A stretch of DNA of 64,000 nt from Camelus dromedarius (taxonomy: Eukaryota): assembly GCF_036321535.1 (NCBI RefSeq), contig NC_087455.1, positions 5,642,001 to 5,706,000 of the forward strand, written 5' to 3'. Under the pieces are notes generated by a model. That model worked only from the letters and a program-made list of their open reading frames with translations, was not told the origin of the DNA and searched no databases. The position numbers and the translations under genes are program-made. Below are positions 24,801 to 39,600 of this stretch, piece after piece. The first letter of the stretch is position 1, and each line of letters begins with the position of its first letter.

Positions 24801-27800
24801 CTACTCAGTGAAGATCAACAATTTATATAAATTTCAGTCTCTCTGAACGGCACTGATACACTATAATTTTTCTAGTCTTGGCTTTTTATCTCTAGTATAT
24901 ATCCAGAAAAATCTTCAATGTGATTAAAGAGTAGTTTCTCCTCATGGCACACCTAACTCATTTGTATATTTCAGTCAACCTGTGTATATTCAAACTAATT
25001 AAGACTCCTACCTCTTTAGTACCCCATTCCCTGCCATCCAAGGTCACAAAACAGTCAGTTTTTGAATACATAAATTTAAGTATTTTACCAAATTGAAAGA
25101 CATAAACTTATATTTAAGAAGCTCACAGTTCTTTCCTGTCACCACCGACACTGTGAGGTTATGTGCCCACTGGGTATATGGAATCACAGAAAGTATCTGT
25201 GAGAGAACTTGAGACGAGTCATTTGAATGTGGACAAGTCACAAGCTCCGGACACCTGGCTATAACAGACCCTCTGGCGATTCGTTTTTAAGCGTCTGAAG
25301 TTCCATGGGGTGGTGTTAAGCAGCACAGTGTCAGCGCTGCTGTAAAAGGTCCTCTGGGGACAGGAGGACTCGACGGAAGGGACATGCTAACACCAAGACC
25401 CCGCGGCACTGCGGAGGGCTCAGGACACTGCGGAGGAAGCGCAGGGCAGCGCGGAACTGCAGGACTGATAACACGGGAATGGGAACAGAAAAAGTCCTGG
25501 TAGGTGAGATTTATAATGATAATCAATGGGAACTTCTTTATTTTTTAGCTGAAAAGCTGATTCAAATTGACAGGCTGAGGTGCCACACTGCTCAGAATGG
25601 GGTAATGGAAAAGCAGAGACAACACGTCTGAGTAGGAAGTTTCACGTGCAGATAAATGAGTGTGACTGTAACGGTGCTTGCTGTTGGCATTTTCCAGCAA
25701 GGTGACCGTGGTTTCTGGTTTTGAAGCTCAGATGTGAAAATTATTGAGAGAAGTATTTCCCGTGGGAACAGTGCTTTGAATGACTGAATAAAAAAAATTA
25801 CTCATCAATTAGAAACTAATTATTTAGTCTATATATTAATAAGAGGTTTTAGGATATGATGAAAAGGCACACGCTTTGGGTCCCAACACACCCATACTCA
25901 ATACTGAAATCTAATCCCGCCACTTGGTTGCTGAGTCTCGGGTTCCCCTCAGGAAACCCAGTTAACAGCATGCAGCTCTCGCAGAACAGCCGTGAGGCCC
26001 ACAGCCAAAGGGCCTGAGCTGGCGCAGGCGCTCAGGAAGTGGTGATGGCTATGCAGACCTCCACTCGGACCCTGTCCTCCTCCGGCTGCTTACTGAAGGA
26101 TGAGAAGAGGGAGGTGACAGAAGGTACAACTCACATTAGTTCCCATTTTATCCATTCAGCACCAGCATGTTTACGTACATTTTACGCATCTAGCAACAGT
26201 AAGGTGGTATGCAGAGTAAGAGCAGAAACAGACCACGCTGTTTGGCTTCTGTCTACACATTTTACCAGTGGGTGCCTGCTGGGTCCAGTGTCAAGGTCTG
26301 GCCGTATCCCTGGAAGGTTCCTGGAGATCTCTGAGGTCCATGCCTGATGCAATTATGTCCTGAGGGGTAATTTATTTTCCTACAGAATCCCTAACACATT
26401 TGACAACTTTTCTTCATCTCTGGGATACTGTTTTTCTAAGAGTAAAGCTTAATCATTCTGAGATTTTTTTTCCCCTTGCCGAAGGCTGACAAGGAAATGA
26501 GAGGCTTGACAGAGGGGAAAGGTAAACACAGCCCTCGGCTGAATCCCTTGGAACAAACAGAAGAAGGGTCAGAGCTGATGGAGGCTGAAAGCTCTAAACA
26601 GAGGACGGGGGTGGTGGCTCAGTAGGAGAAATTCAGAGCCTTACGGTGGCAAGAAAAACAGAGAAACTCAATTCCAAGGGAAGTCCCCTTGTATTCTGCC
26701 TGTGATGTGGGGCATGGTGTTGTGAGTCAGTGTCTGGTGTTGACAAAGGCACAGACAGCAGACCCAGGATGGGAGGGAGGAGGGACGGGAGACTGTTCTG
26801 ACAGCCTAGGCGGTGGAAGGTCCTGAGAAGGTCAAATCAAAAGGGACTCAAACAATTTAAATAATATTTCAAATTAATGTTTTTTTAACTGGAAATTCCT
26901 AAAATTTTGGCTAGTAGAAAAAGAAATATATTCTTGTTTTCCTATATCCAATCTTTCCTTAATAATAAAAAAGACTTTTTAATATAGATTGGCAGATTAA
27001 TATAAATCATATCAATGCTGTGAAATACGTATGGCCCATATATTAACTGTTCAGTCCCTGATAACATTTCTCATAACCTCACACACAATGGAGAAAAAGA
27101 CATCATTTTCGGTCCTTAAAATAATCTTTAGCATCTATGACATTATTCATAATCCATTTTAAAAAGAGAATAGGTACCATGAGAAAATCAGTGTGGATGA
27201 GAAAATGACAGTGACAGCGTCCCACGTGATCTGACAGTCTGAGAAGCTGCGTAGCGCCCAACAGGCAGAGTAACTGTGGGGACCTCGTATTTATCACGGC
27301 AACTGCTCAGATGCCAGTGTCACAAAAACATGACGTCATTAAAATCAGTGGGGCGCAATCTAGTGTTAGAACTACAAATGATTACTTTAAACTGACAGTT
27401 TACACAGTGCCTAAAAGTTGTCGACTACTGCAGGGGCCCCATGAAACTTCAAGCGATCCACGGTAACCCTGTGAGTCTGGGGCAGCATCCCAGCACCCCG
27501 GCGTACAGTTTGGGGCATGCAGTCATAAGATCTAGCATGGGACTACAGCCCAAGACAAGGAGAGAAAAGGGGCAACTAAAATATTTAAAGAAACGGTAGC
27601 TGAAAATGTCCCCAATTAGATAAAAGTTGATAAAAAGTCAAGTGAATGGCTCAGCCTAATGTCCTGGGTTAAAACAAAACCACCACATTCAGCACCCAAT
27701 ACTGTTGAAAGTGTTTTTACTACTTAGAAAGGCAGGGTTCAACTGCTTTGTTCACTTTTTCTTCCTGCTGTTTCTGGTAACAAATGCAGGGAGAGAACTC

Positions 27801-28488
27801 TGCCTGCCACTTGGGAGAGAGGGCCAGGTGGGCTGGAGTCGAGGCCAGTGGAAAAGCAACCCAGAACAAGTCAGCTGTTCTGAAAAAAGGAAGGGTAGGG
27901 AGAGTCCGTGAGGGTTCAGAATGGTCTAGCCCAGATCACCAAAAGCAGGCGAAATACCGGGTAGAAACCTATGGAGAAAAACATTAAACAGAAAGTGTTT
28001 GCCTGGAGTGGCCTCGATCCCAATCTTCCCTGACACGCTCTCTGCCCGGGTCTGTGCATTCACAGGACGTGCAGGACATTCTGGAAGTGAAGAAGCTTCC
28101 TTATCTCCTGAGTTAAAAAGGAGTCAGTTTAGTTCTCTCATCTGACACTGAATGAAAAGGTTTTATTAAAACACTTATTACTTCCCACTGCAGGATTTAA
28201 TTTTAGGTCATTTACATCTTTTAGCAGAAGGGTATCCTGAAGTGATAACAGTGGGGAACGTTCACGAGGATTCCAGTAATGACTTCTTCCACTGTGAAAT
28301 TCCCAAGTGGTGCTGTCCACGTGACCATCCCCATAAAGCTAGCGCCTTAGTAAATCCAGTCACGTGACAGACAAGAATGACATTAACAAAGAATACTGTA
28401 AATGGTCAACACTTGATCCGAAAGCCTAAAGAATATGCTACTGCGCTGTGCTCAGCCAACATTTATCTACTGAGTGATTCCTACAGCT

Positions 28489-28631
28489 NNNNNNNNNNNN
28501 NNNNNNNNNNNNNNNNNNNNNNNNNNNNNNNNNNNNNNNNNNNNNNNNNNNNNNNNNNNNNNNNNNNNNNNNNNNNNNNNNNNNNNNNNNNNNNNNNNNN
28601 NNNNNNNNNNNNNNNNNNNNNNNNNNNNNNN
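28489..28631. other. Assembly gap (143 N)
   Basis: Run of N, with L2-like flanks. Confidence 0.99.
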
Positions 28632-29279
28632 AGGCTGAATGCAAAGGACACAGGAAGGTAGGAGCTTGGCCTGCTCACGGAACAGAAAGAAGGCTAGTCT
28701 CTGAGCGCAGGCTGAAAGAGGTGATCAAAGGAAACAGAATGAAGGTTTACTTTAGAGCTAAACTCAAAACGACTTACTGAGGGACTGGTGTGGTGAAGAC
28801 CTACCTAGGATCATCCAATGGTCTCGACTCGAGTAAGTACATCTGTCTTTGTTTCATTACTGTTTTTAGCCACTCAGACACCGTGAATTCTATGACCCCA
28901 CTTTCCTCAGCTAGGAAGCTCAGAGCATAATCTAAAAACCAACTCTGCTGACTCCAAAACAACATGTTCCTTTTGTGTATTACCCTTACCCTTAGGGTCA
29001 TTTTTGGGGTAGTTTTCTATCCTAATTTTTTTACATCTATTTATTTTTCATCTGTTAGATGGACATACTAATTTAGCAAGTTACTACATGTGATTTGATG
29101 AGGAAAAGTAGTGAAAATATAAGTCTTTTCATCGTAGCTATCAGGCTATAATTAAAATAAAACTTAAGAAACAGAATGGGAGTTCCACGGGAGTACTGCA
29201 GGGGAAGAAGGGGTGGACAAAAAAAAGATTCTAGTCAACACACAAGGGAGGGATCCTCACAGAGAGGGAGATGGTTTCT

Positions 29280-29500
29280 GGAACCAGGCAGCCTGCGTCC
29301 CAACCAGGCCCCACAAATCACTAGCTGAGTGACCTGGGCAAGCAGCAGACTCCTCTGGCCCCACTTCCCTCATTGGCAAAGAGGTGACTTGAGATACAAA
29401 TGCCCACCTCACAGGGCTGTGATGAGATTTTGCCCAGTTAGTATCTGTAATGCGATCAGAAAGTACTCAGTTAACAGTAGGCACAGTGTAAGTGCCTGTT
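29280..29500 (+). mobile_element. MIR SINE
   Basis: cactagctgagtgacctgggcaag...cccacttccctcattggcaaa...cccacctcacagggctgtgatgagatt. Confidence 0.75.
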
Positions 29501-30269
29501 AAAACAGGCTTCAGTCTGGGATGTAAAGACAAGTAGGATTTAAATAGGTGAGGGGCAGGGAGAGGAACTACAGACTTACAGACAGAGAACAATGTGAACA
29601 AAGTATGAAGGGCACAGACTGACCCAGCAGTGCGGGGTTAGAGGGGCAGGAACTGAACACACGGGAAATACGGCAAAATAATGCATAAAGACCAAGCAGG
29701 AGAGAGGTCTCAAGAAAAAAATACAGAAGGGCATTGAATGCCTCTCAAAGGAGCATGACTTTTATACTGTTAAAAAACAGTATTTGGAAGATTTGGTACC
29801 AAGGAAGATCACAATCACGTGGAGGGAAGAAGGAGGGGTCTGCATAACAAGCGGTGCCTGGCATCTGGGCTCCTTAAACAAGTGGGGACAGGAAGCGCCC
29901 AAAGAAAGGTGTTTGATTAGGACAAACCGGCCGTTAGGCCACAAACTGAAACTGTGGGTCTGAAGTGTGGGCTGAACAACGACTCTACCAGAGAATGCCC
30001 TCCACCAAGGCAACGAACAAGTTTAAGATGGCAAGCGGTGTATGTGCTGCAATCAGGAGGAAAAATCTTTCATCTGGGCAGACTGAGGTGTTTCTCCAGA
30101 CACTGTACTCCAAAAAGTATCAGAAAGCTCCTGCCTTCCTCATCTTTTTATAAGACATTTTCAACTTCATTTAATAGGTGATAACTAAATTAGAAATTAT
30201 CTTCAATAAAAGCAGCAGGTCTGGTTTAAGGAACACAGCATCCCCTGAAAGAGGTCACTGGGCGTGCCC

Positions 30270-30665
30270 TGTTACCTACACTCTCTATCCAAGGGATATT
30301 CATTCTGAGAATGCCGCCTGACTTAGAAAAAGGGCCTCTGCACACACGCTATCAGGTTAAGCATCTTGAGACGGAAAGATACCCTGGACGACCCAGGTGG
30401 GCCCTTATATGAGGGAAGTGACTGGAGACAAGAGAAGACAACATGGAGGAGGAGAGAGATGAGAGTGATGTGGCCACAAGTCAGGGAGGGCCTCAGGCAC
30501 CAGAGGCTGGAAGGGATGAGGAAAGTATCCCCAGCAGCCTCCGGGGCGGTGCTGTCAGTACCTGGACTGTGGCCTAGTAATGCTGATTTCAGGTCCAATT
30601 TCTATCGCTTAAAGCCACCAAATTTGTGGTAATTCTTCGCAACAGTCACAGAAAACTAATACAGC
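30270..30665 (+). mobile_element. MaLR solo LTR, MLT1C/D-like
   Basis: gacccaggtgggccc...gtgatgtggccacaag...accagaggctggaag...cttaaagccaccaaatttgtggtaattcttcgcaacagtcacagaaaactaataca. Confidence 0.85.
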
Positions 30666-31699
30666 AAATATATAATTTCTAATAATTTCAAGTAAATTAT
30701 TTAACGTTAGAAGAAACGAAAATGAAAGAGACCTACCATCTATTAGCAGCTGCACAAATTATTTCATTAAATCAGCAGCAGCAATCCTATTATTATTAGC
30801 CTGTTTGTATAGGAAAAGCCCCACCTGGGGCCATGCCCACATCTGTGTTTACTTTACACTGGACTGCCACCTGTTTGCGACTGCTCTGCCAGTGTGCTGG
30901 CCAGAAACACGCAACAGGGAAACCGACTTTTTATTCTTCCAAACAAACTTGGAGAGATAGAAGAAAGCTATTTCAAATTACTTCATGCAAAATTCTATCT
31001 GAAAAAAATATCCAGTGACTAGTGAAAAAAATCTGTTACTGATTTCCATTGAGTTCTTTTAGAGGCAAAGATTAAAAAATAAAAAATAATTCTCAAAAAA
31101 TATGAGTCACATCTCAATTTACGGTTTGCTTCAACTGACTTATAAATTCATTAAAACATTTTTCATGTTAGAAGTAGCCATCAATCCAGAGACAGAGATA
31201 AACATTCTGTGTGCCTGGATGAACGCAGGAGTCTTCACACACGACGAGGCATTTACAGGGACTAAAACGTCGGCAGGTATGGGGATGCTCACCTGGTACC
31301 TGACGCTGTGCTCAACACTGGAGGCAGGACAGTGGACTGGCCTGATACCGCCTGTGCTCACTGGGGAAAACACGTGCGTCCACTATCTCCACTTGTGTAT
31401 CCAAGCAATCACTTACATAAAAATAAGCCTCATTTTAAAGAATGAAGGAATTAATACCATGTGAGTGATTAAATAAACTTATGTTATAGTCATTAGCCAA
31501 AGTGGTACAGGTTACATTTAAGACAGGAATATCTCAGTTCAAAGTGAACCCTCTTAATACGGCATCATACTGTCTGAACGCACCCTTCGTGCTAATACAC
31601 TGGTAGAGCTGCTTGCCTGTTAATAAAGGAAACATTTTAAACTGTTGCCATGGTACCTTATTCTAGCAACAGAAAGGTAACCTAATGAATCACACCTAC

Positions 31700-31839
31700 C
31701 TGGTTACTGCTGGGGCTGGCACACCTCTTGTGCGCAAGGTAGGTTTCCCTCGAACAACAGGTACATCTGCATTTTCTGAACCACCATTCAAATACGTTAA
31801 TTCCTGGAGCTGTGCTTGCCTGATTTCATCATTATAGTC
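31700..31839 (-). CDS. KHDRBS3: KHDRBS3 exon 5 (140 nt, phase 0->2): [46 protein letters not shown](R), QUA2 and start of the RG-rich region
   Basis: Acceptor cttttgtgtag; donor CAG|GTAGGT. QUA2 motif [11 protein letters not shown]. Confidence 0.97.
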
Positions 31840-32934
31840 CTACACAAAAGACAGAGGATAGTAAAGTATTCAGGACAAGAAGCAAATAAATTTTTAATAG
31901 AAAAAAAGTGTAAGGAAAACAGCTGAATTCATAAAACAAGATATGAATTTGTTGAAATGAAAATTTATCAGTAAATTGTATTAAAAAAAAGCGGTATTTT
32001 CCCGCAAACTAAAATTTTCTACAGTCAGCCACAACTCCTTCTGCTGGGCATACTTTCCAAGTGAAATATTTATAACAAAATAAAAATATCACATAACTGA
32101 TACATGGGCATTACTATTTACAACTCGACCAACTAGTAGTCACTGACATTTACGATGTGCCAGTGAACAGAAACACGGGGGAGCAAGCCCCGGTCCCTGC
32201 AGCCAAGGAACTCACAATCCAACAAAGGAGGAAGGCAAACAGGCCACACGGCAGCTTTACGGAAACTAAGAACCACAGGTACACATCTCTTTGGTTTATT
32301 TCCATTTGGATAGTGTTCAAGTAGCAAAATTTGGCATTTCCAAAACTGAATATAACGCCTTAGTCATGAAAACTTGTTATTCTTCATCTTACATTATTTT
32401 CCAAATATTCAACTAAGAAACTCTTGAGTCATCCTTGATTTCTCCCCTTTCCTTAATATCCCCAACTCCATTTAATAATCATTAAGAAAAACATGTAATA
32501 AATAAGAGTATGATTTGTTTTACAATTGAAACATAGTTCAGGTCTAAATGATCAAAAAGGAAGGTCATCTAACACTGCCATGGGTAGTGAGAGTAGATTC
32601 TCTACAAGAAACGTCATCTAAGGGTGAGTGTGACCCAGCTACCAGGAGTGGGGCAGTAAAGTATTCCGGATAGAGGGAAAAGCGTATTTTAAGATTCAAA
32701 GTAATAGTGAGTCCAGGGAACTGAAACAAGGGCTGTGTGTATATGGCTGAATTATAAAAATATCCTGGGGTGGAGGGGTGGTCTTCAATTGGAAGGGAAA
32801 GTAGAAACCAAATCATGCAAAGCCTTAAGTCATTTTAAATACAACTTTAAATGTCTATAGATGATGGTACTAAAAAGTATTTAATGTTTTTCAGGAAGTG
32901 AGTTGCACTTTAAGATTTGTGTTTTGGCAATACT

Positions 32935-35790
32935 ATGAACAACTGTGTGCCAACAAGTTAGATAATTTAGATGATGCAATGACACAGACAAATTCCTAGA
33001 GAGACACAAACCATCAAAACTGACGAGAGAAGAAACAGAAAATACCAACAGATAGTAACAAGTAAAAGGACTAAATCAGTACTCAAAAAACGTCCTGCAG
33101 AGAAAAGCCTACGCCCACAGGACGTTATAGTGAATTCTACAACCAATTAAAAAAGAATCAATGGTATCCTTCACAAACTTCCAAAAACTCAAAAGGAGAG
33201 GGGACTTCCTCACTGATTCTATGAAGCCAGTATTGCCCTGATACCAAAACCAGACAAAGACATTACAAGAAAAGAAACCTACAGAAGAACATTCTTATGC
33301 ATATACATGCAAAAGCTCTTGAAAAAATGTTAAGAAGTCAAATCCAGCAGCATAAACAAACAAAAAAGGAATATACACAGAAACTGAGTAGAATTTATAC
33401 TAAGATTGCAAAGTTGGTTTAACATCTGAAAAATCAATTAATACCATAACAACAGAATAAATGACAAAAAACACACAATCATTTTAATACACAGAGGAAA
33501 AACATGACAGAAGAATCCAGCGTACTTTCATTGTAGAAACACTCAACAAACCAGGAAAACCCATGGCTAACATCATATTTAATGGCAGAAAAACTGAAAA
33601 TGTCAGTCTAAGACCAGCAACAAGAGAAGGATCTCTTGCCACTTCTAGCCAACCTTGTACTCAAGGTTATAGCCAGGACAATTATGTAAGGAAAATAAAT
33701 AAACAGTATTCAGATTGGAACAGAAGAACCAAAACAATTTCTGTTTACAGATGGCATAATCCTGTACACAGAAAATCACAAAAAATCCACGAAAACATTA
33801 GAGCCAATACATGAGTTTAGCAAAGTTGCAGGAGAAAAGCTCAATACATAAAAATCAGCTGTTTTTCTTTACACTAACAATGAACATTACCAAAACGAAA
33901 TTAAGAAAACAGTTCCATTTAGAGTAGCGTCGAAAAGAATAACATACTTAGGAATAAATTAACAAAGTAAGAGTAAGATTTGTACACTGAAAACTACAAA
34001 ATATTATTGGAATAAATTTTTAAAAATCTAAGTCAATTCAAAGATACCCCACGTTCACGGACAGGAGAAACTAACATTGTTTTAATGATAATACCTACCC
34101 ACTCCCTCCCCAAAAAACCGATCTACGGATTCAAGGAAATTCGTATCAAAATCCCAGCTGGCTTCTTTGCAGAAATAGAGAAGCTGATCCTAAAATTTAT
34201 AGGGAAATCTAAGGAATCTAGTACAGCCAGAACTGTCTAGAGAAAGAAGAACACAGTTGGAGGACTGGTATAAAGCTGTAGTAATCAAGAGTGTGTGGTA
34301 CTGGCTTAAAGGACAGACATAAAGATCAATGAAATAGAATTGAGAGCCCAGATATAAATTATAGTCAACTGATTTTCAAATAGTCTCTTTAACAAGTGGT
34401 GCTGCAACAACTGAACATCTACATCAAAAAAAAAAAAAAAATACAGTGGGCTCACTACGTTTTGCCATACACAAAAATTAGATGAAAAAGGAGCAGACAC
34501 CGAAATGTAAGAGCTAAAAGTGAACACCCTTAAAAGAAAACATGAAAGTAAATCTTCATGACCTTATGTTACATCCTGATTTCTTAGATAAGATACCAAA
34601 AATACAAATGAAAAAACAGTCAAATTGGACTAAGTCAAAGTTTAAAACTATTTTGCTACAAAAAGACCATCAAAATTTTTGAATCATATTATCTGATAAG
34701 CAACTTGGGTTCATAATATATGGGGAACTCTTACAACTAACAATAAATAGTAAAAATAAAAAGAGGACACACAACCTAATTTTTAAAAGATAAAGGATTT
34801 GAATAGTCATGTATCAAGGAGATACAAAATGGCCAATAGGACCATGAAAAGAAGCTTAACATTATTAATCATTATGGAAATACAAATCAAAACCACAATG
34901 AAATATCACAAACATAACCACTAGGGTAGCAAAAATCAAAGAGACAGCCAATATCAAGTGTTGGTAAGACTGTGGAGATACTGAAACCCTTGTAACTTGC
35001 TAGTGGCAATGTAAAATGGTTCAGTCACTTTGGAAAACCATTTAGTTGCACCTCAAAAATATTAAACATAGTTACCATCTGACCTAGCAAATCCACTCTT
35101 AGGTTAATAACCCAAGAAAATAAAAACATATGTTCATGTAAAAATCTGTACATGAATGTTCACAGGAGCATTATTTATTAAAGCCAAAAAAACAGAAATA
35201 ACCCCAAAGTCCTCACTGATGGACAGATAAAATGCAGTATATCATAAAGTAGATTATTCAGCAATAAAAAGCAACTCGAATGCACCTTGAAAACACTGAG
35301 TGAAAGGAGTCAGGACAAAAAACTAGACATATTGTACGTGTTTTATATGAAATGTCAAAACCCAGGTAAATCTAGAGAGACTAGTGGCTGCATAAAATAG
35401 AGAAGTGTGAGCGCGCGGGGAACAGAATGGCTTGGGAGTGCCTGCCGTTGGGTATGGAGTTGCTTTTTGGGATGATGAAACCCTAAAACTGCAGCGATCA
35501 TTGCTATGCATAACTGTGAATATACAATCATCCTATGAACTGTATACTTTAAATGGGTAAATTGTACAGTATGTGAACTACATCTCCATAAAGGCTGTGT
35601 AAAAAGAAGGAAAAGTAATCTGCGGTTGCCTGTGGAGGGAGAAGAATGGGAGTGACTGCTGTTGGTTCAGGTTTATTTTGCGGGTAATACAGATGGTTTA
35701 ACTTAGATTATGGTGACAGTTGCAGAACTCTGTGAATATGTAGGTGAGCGATCTTATGCTATGTGATTTATATCTCCATAAGATATTAAA
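32935..35790 (+). mobile_element. L1M (L1MB-like) ORF2-to-3' UTR copy followed by a second tandem 3'-end fragment (35610-35790)
   Basis: Degenerate ORF2 motifs gccagtattgccctgataccaaaaccagacaaagac, aatcccagctggcttctttgcagaaat and caaatcaaaaccacaatgaaata; 3' UTR tactttaaatgggtaaattgtacagtatgtgaactacatctccataaag. Confidence 0.9.
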
Positions 35791-36089
35791 GGGAAAAAAA
35801 CACACAGAGGAGGCAAAAACAGCAGATGGAAGCATTGAGCAATCCCAGCATGTGGCAAAGACAGCCTGCAGCAGGGAGGGGCAGGGAGGACAGGGACAGG
35901 AGTTACTTACAATGTCTAATTTTATTAGAAATGGAAATATACTGGATCTGGCAGTATATGAGCAAAGTCAAGAATGTCAACCAGTTTCTGGAAGTCAAGA
36001 AGAATCAGTGACGGAGTGACATCATGATCTGATCAACTTTGTGCCTGCTGAGTCTGCAGTGGCCTATGGTACATACAAACTGAGACGTC

Positions 36090-36680
36090 CTGTAGCAATG
36101 ACATAGGACTCGGAAACTCAGAAGTTAAAGATACGGATATAGAAACGGGCAAGGAAGGGTTATGCAGGCCCCACACGTTACTGAGGGGGGCATGTCATCA
36201 AGGCAGATAACCTCTCAGCCCCCGGTGGGTGTTTCCGCATGCCTGAGGCTTCAGGCCGTGCTGTACCTGTTTGGCCAGATTGGTGGGGAACATTTGTTTT
36301 GGCTCCAAAATGGGGGTTGTGGTGGTGGCCTCTGAGTATCTGAGGTCAGAGCACAGGCATTGTATGTCTATATGACTGATGCTCAATAAAAATGCTGGAC
36401 ACGAGGCTCAAGTGAGCCTCCCAGAGTGGCGACACTACACAGTGTGGTCACACCACGTTGCTGGGACAATCAGAGGTGTCCTGTGGAACTCCACTGGGAA
36501 GGGACACTGGGAAGCCGGAGCCTGCGTTTTCCTGACTCACTCATTTCCTCTCTGTTGATTCTGACCTGTATCCCTTTGTTGAAATACACCATAATCATAG
36601 AATGTAACACAGCTTCTGAGTCCTGTGAGTCCCCCTAGAGAACAGCCAAGCCTGAAGGTGGCTGTGAGGACCTCTGGCAG
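36090..36680 (+). mobile_element. ERV solo LTR, MER21-like
   Basis: AATAAA in gctcaataaaaatgctggacacgaggctcaagtgagc; end ttctgagtcctgtgagtccccctagagaac...ctgaaggtggctgtgaggacc. The 5' boundary is uncertain. Confidence 0.7.
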
Positions 36681-39600
36681 ACCACGCCAGCAGGAGTCAG
36701 GGTTGCCTGGGGCACGTTCACAGAGCGAGAAGGGCTGAGGACCCAGCTCTGACCATCAGTATAAAGCAAGACGCAGGACAAAGGCCTGCACAGAGAAGAC
36801 GGAAGGCATGGCAAGAACCTGAGAAGGTCAGGCAAGTGATCACACAATGAAAGCCACAGGCAGTGGTGTGGCATTCACATCTGCCGCGAGGCCCAGCCCT
36901 GGCTCCTGGGCTCCACTAGCAGTAAAGGCAGCAAGGCCTTCAGAAACAGCCTTTTTGGTGAAGGGTGTGCTGGGAGCCACCCAGGCAGAATGAAGTGTGA
37001 ATGCGAGCAAGTCCCTGACACAGGCAAGGAGGCAGCTTCTCCCAGGTTATTTGGCCACGAAGAGAAAGAGAGAAGGACCACAGTTTAAAGTAGGAACAGA
37101 GGATCTGATGACAGAAGAAACAAGCATACCTGAGAAAGAATAAAAGATTTGGTAAGACAGTATACTGAATTATTCAGAATTAGAAATACAAAATACATTT
37201 AGTAAATTTATAGAAAAACATGCTCTCTTCCTTATTTTTCAAAAGCAGGACTCAAAAAAAAAAATAACTTAAAACCTGTAGAAGAAGGCATCGCGGAGTA
37301 AGGAAAGTAACAGGGACACCCATCAAAAAGGAAGCTGACGTCACGCCCAGCTAACACCTGCGGGGAGGGGGCAGGGCAAGTGCAGGCAAATTCAGGTCAC
37401 TATGATCAGCGAAGGTTGGAGTCCAGATGCAAATATGGATTCTTCCTCTAATTTATTTGGGGCATTGTGATCTCAGAAGACTCATGTGAATCTATCATTA
37501 TTTCAACTACTCTAAAATAAGCCTATTAATATGTTCCTTACCATTTTACTAAAAATGTGTAATTAATAAATTATTTGTAAAGTGCATTCTAAATAAAACG
37601 TGCTACATAAATGCTAAATATTTGCCCTGTGGAAAAGTGTTAGGAGGCAGGACACAAAATTGTGTGGGGTTAAAAATAGATCCATGTGAAAAGAACGTAA
37701 ATGAGGACTTATTTGAATACAATTAAAAGTTAAAAAAAATAAAAACAAAAGAAAAACACTGTTCTAAGTTAGGTGATTCACAATGGTGCCACAAAAACTA
37801 GAATTACAGCCTAATTTTATACTTCATCTTTGTAAAAGTACATCTTAAAGCAGACAGTGTAGTTAGGAAAAAAACCCATGGGAATCTGCACCAATCACAC
37901 CTGAGGTTAAGCTTAAATTTAACCAACTGGACTGTCCAGCTATCTGATCTTAGACCACTTCTTTAAACATGATGTTAACTGTTTCTTCTGACATAAGACA
38001 CTATTGATATACACACTGTAGTTACAATTTTCTTGGTCTTTGAAATAAAACTTTTAAATCAGTAGGGAAACCAAGTCATACATGGTAGCTTGCAGACTAA
38101 ATTATTCTTACAATTTTACATTTTAAACTAGTCATTAGTAAATTATCACTTCAGCTTCTCATCTGAAAAAGTGAAACTATTATAACATTAACACTAACAC
38201 TGTCATCAATTGTGAAGAGTAAAAAATTGATTAGCATTCTAATTAAATATGTGTAAATGGGATTTTTTTCTATCCAGTAAGTTGAGAATCTATTTAAATG
38301 TGTTAGCTTGGAGAATGGGAAAAAAACTTTAAAATAAAATCATTAAAAGTAATTTATTAAAATTCAGTGCATTCTCTGCCAGAAATGTGCTCTTCAGATA
38401 TATTTGCCAAAATATGCTAATATTTATGTCCAAGGTTAATCCTGGAATCATCACTTGAATTGTAATCTATAAGAAATAAATGTTCATTATATGAAGACTA
38501 ATAAAAAATTCTGGAACATGCATATAATGAAATATTATACAGACATTAAAAAGAATGAAGTGAAATCTTACATATGTTCATATGGACAGAGGTCCAAAAC
38601 AACCTAAGTTAAAAAAAAATTAAAGGTTATGAGAGAGCATGGAACTTCCAGTATAACTGAGGAGATCTGCAAAGACTTTCCATAAAAAGCAACAACAAAA
38701 GCTGACCAAATAGTTAAAATCAACAATTGCAGGACTCTGAAAACTGACTGAAGGTATACAATAAATTGAAAATACAATAAATTTATCTGTGAAAAATTGC
38801 TAACTCTCAGATAAGAAAAATCGGAGTCTGTGGCAATCCTGTCTGGAGATGCTACCACCCCTCCTCCCCAGCCCACAGGACGCGTTAGCTCCACTAAGAC
38901 GGGGAAAGCCATGAAAACCAGCAGAAGGATGTTCACTTAAATTTGGAAGAAAGTGTGAAAAAACTTCATGCCCAGCAGCACTGTCAATACTGGTAATGAA
39001 TCAGGTTTTGGTGGGATAAGCAACAAACAGACTGGCAGATTAGCCAGAAATTTACCAGCCAAAGAGAGCCCTGATCTGCTCTTCGCACAGCTCTGACCGA
39101 ATAAAGGGCTTTGCACATGGACAGTGGAGGATGAAGAAAGTGAAGTCCTCCACACAGCCTTGCCTGACAGTGAGTGTGTGTGCTTGCAAAGGAGCCACAA
39201 GGATTCCCGGCAAAAGTAAAAGCCAGGACAGACTTGAACACTGACTAGCTCTTGGAGGCACAGTCCATGCACGCCCAATTCCACCAGCAGAGGTTGGAAG
39301 CCTTACTAACACAGGTGTTTGAGCACAACCTCTTACCAGTCACTGGCTGATCTCTCAGCAAGGCTGGCCCAGAGAAAACTTCTAGCAGGCCAGGCTTAAA
39401 AATAAAAGTGAGAAGGAAAAAAATTAACAAAACTTTAAACCATGAAGGAGATGGACTTGGCAGATTTAGTCCAACTAGAGTATTAAAGAAAAAAAGGAAG
39501 AAAAAAACCTACAACTATAACTCCCTGGGAATAAGATGGATCAGAATCAGATGTGCTACAATGCACTACCTGAAATGTGGTGTTCTCAACAAAAACCTAA

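Noticed and set aside
32935-35790. ORF-track entries within L1 copies (e.g. 33563-33814) as reverse-transcriptase genes
   Set aside because: They are short, frameshifted remnants of dead L1 ORF1/ORF2, with no intact EN or RT reading frame.
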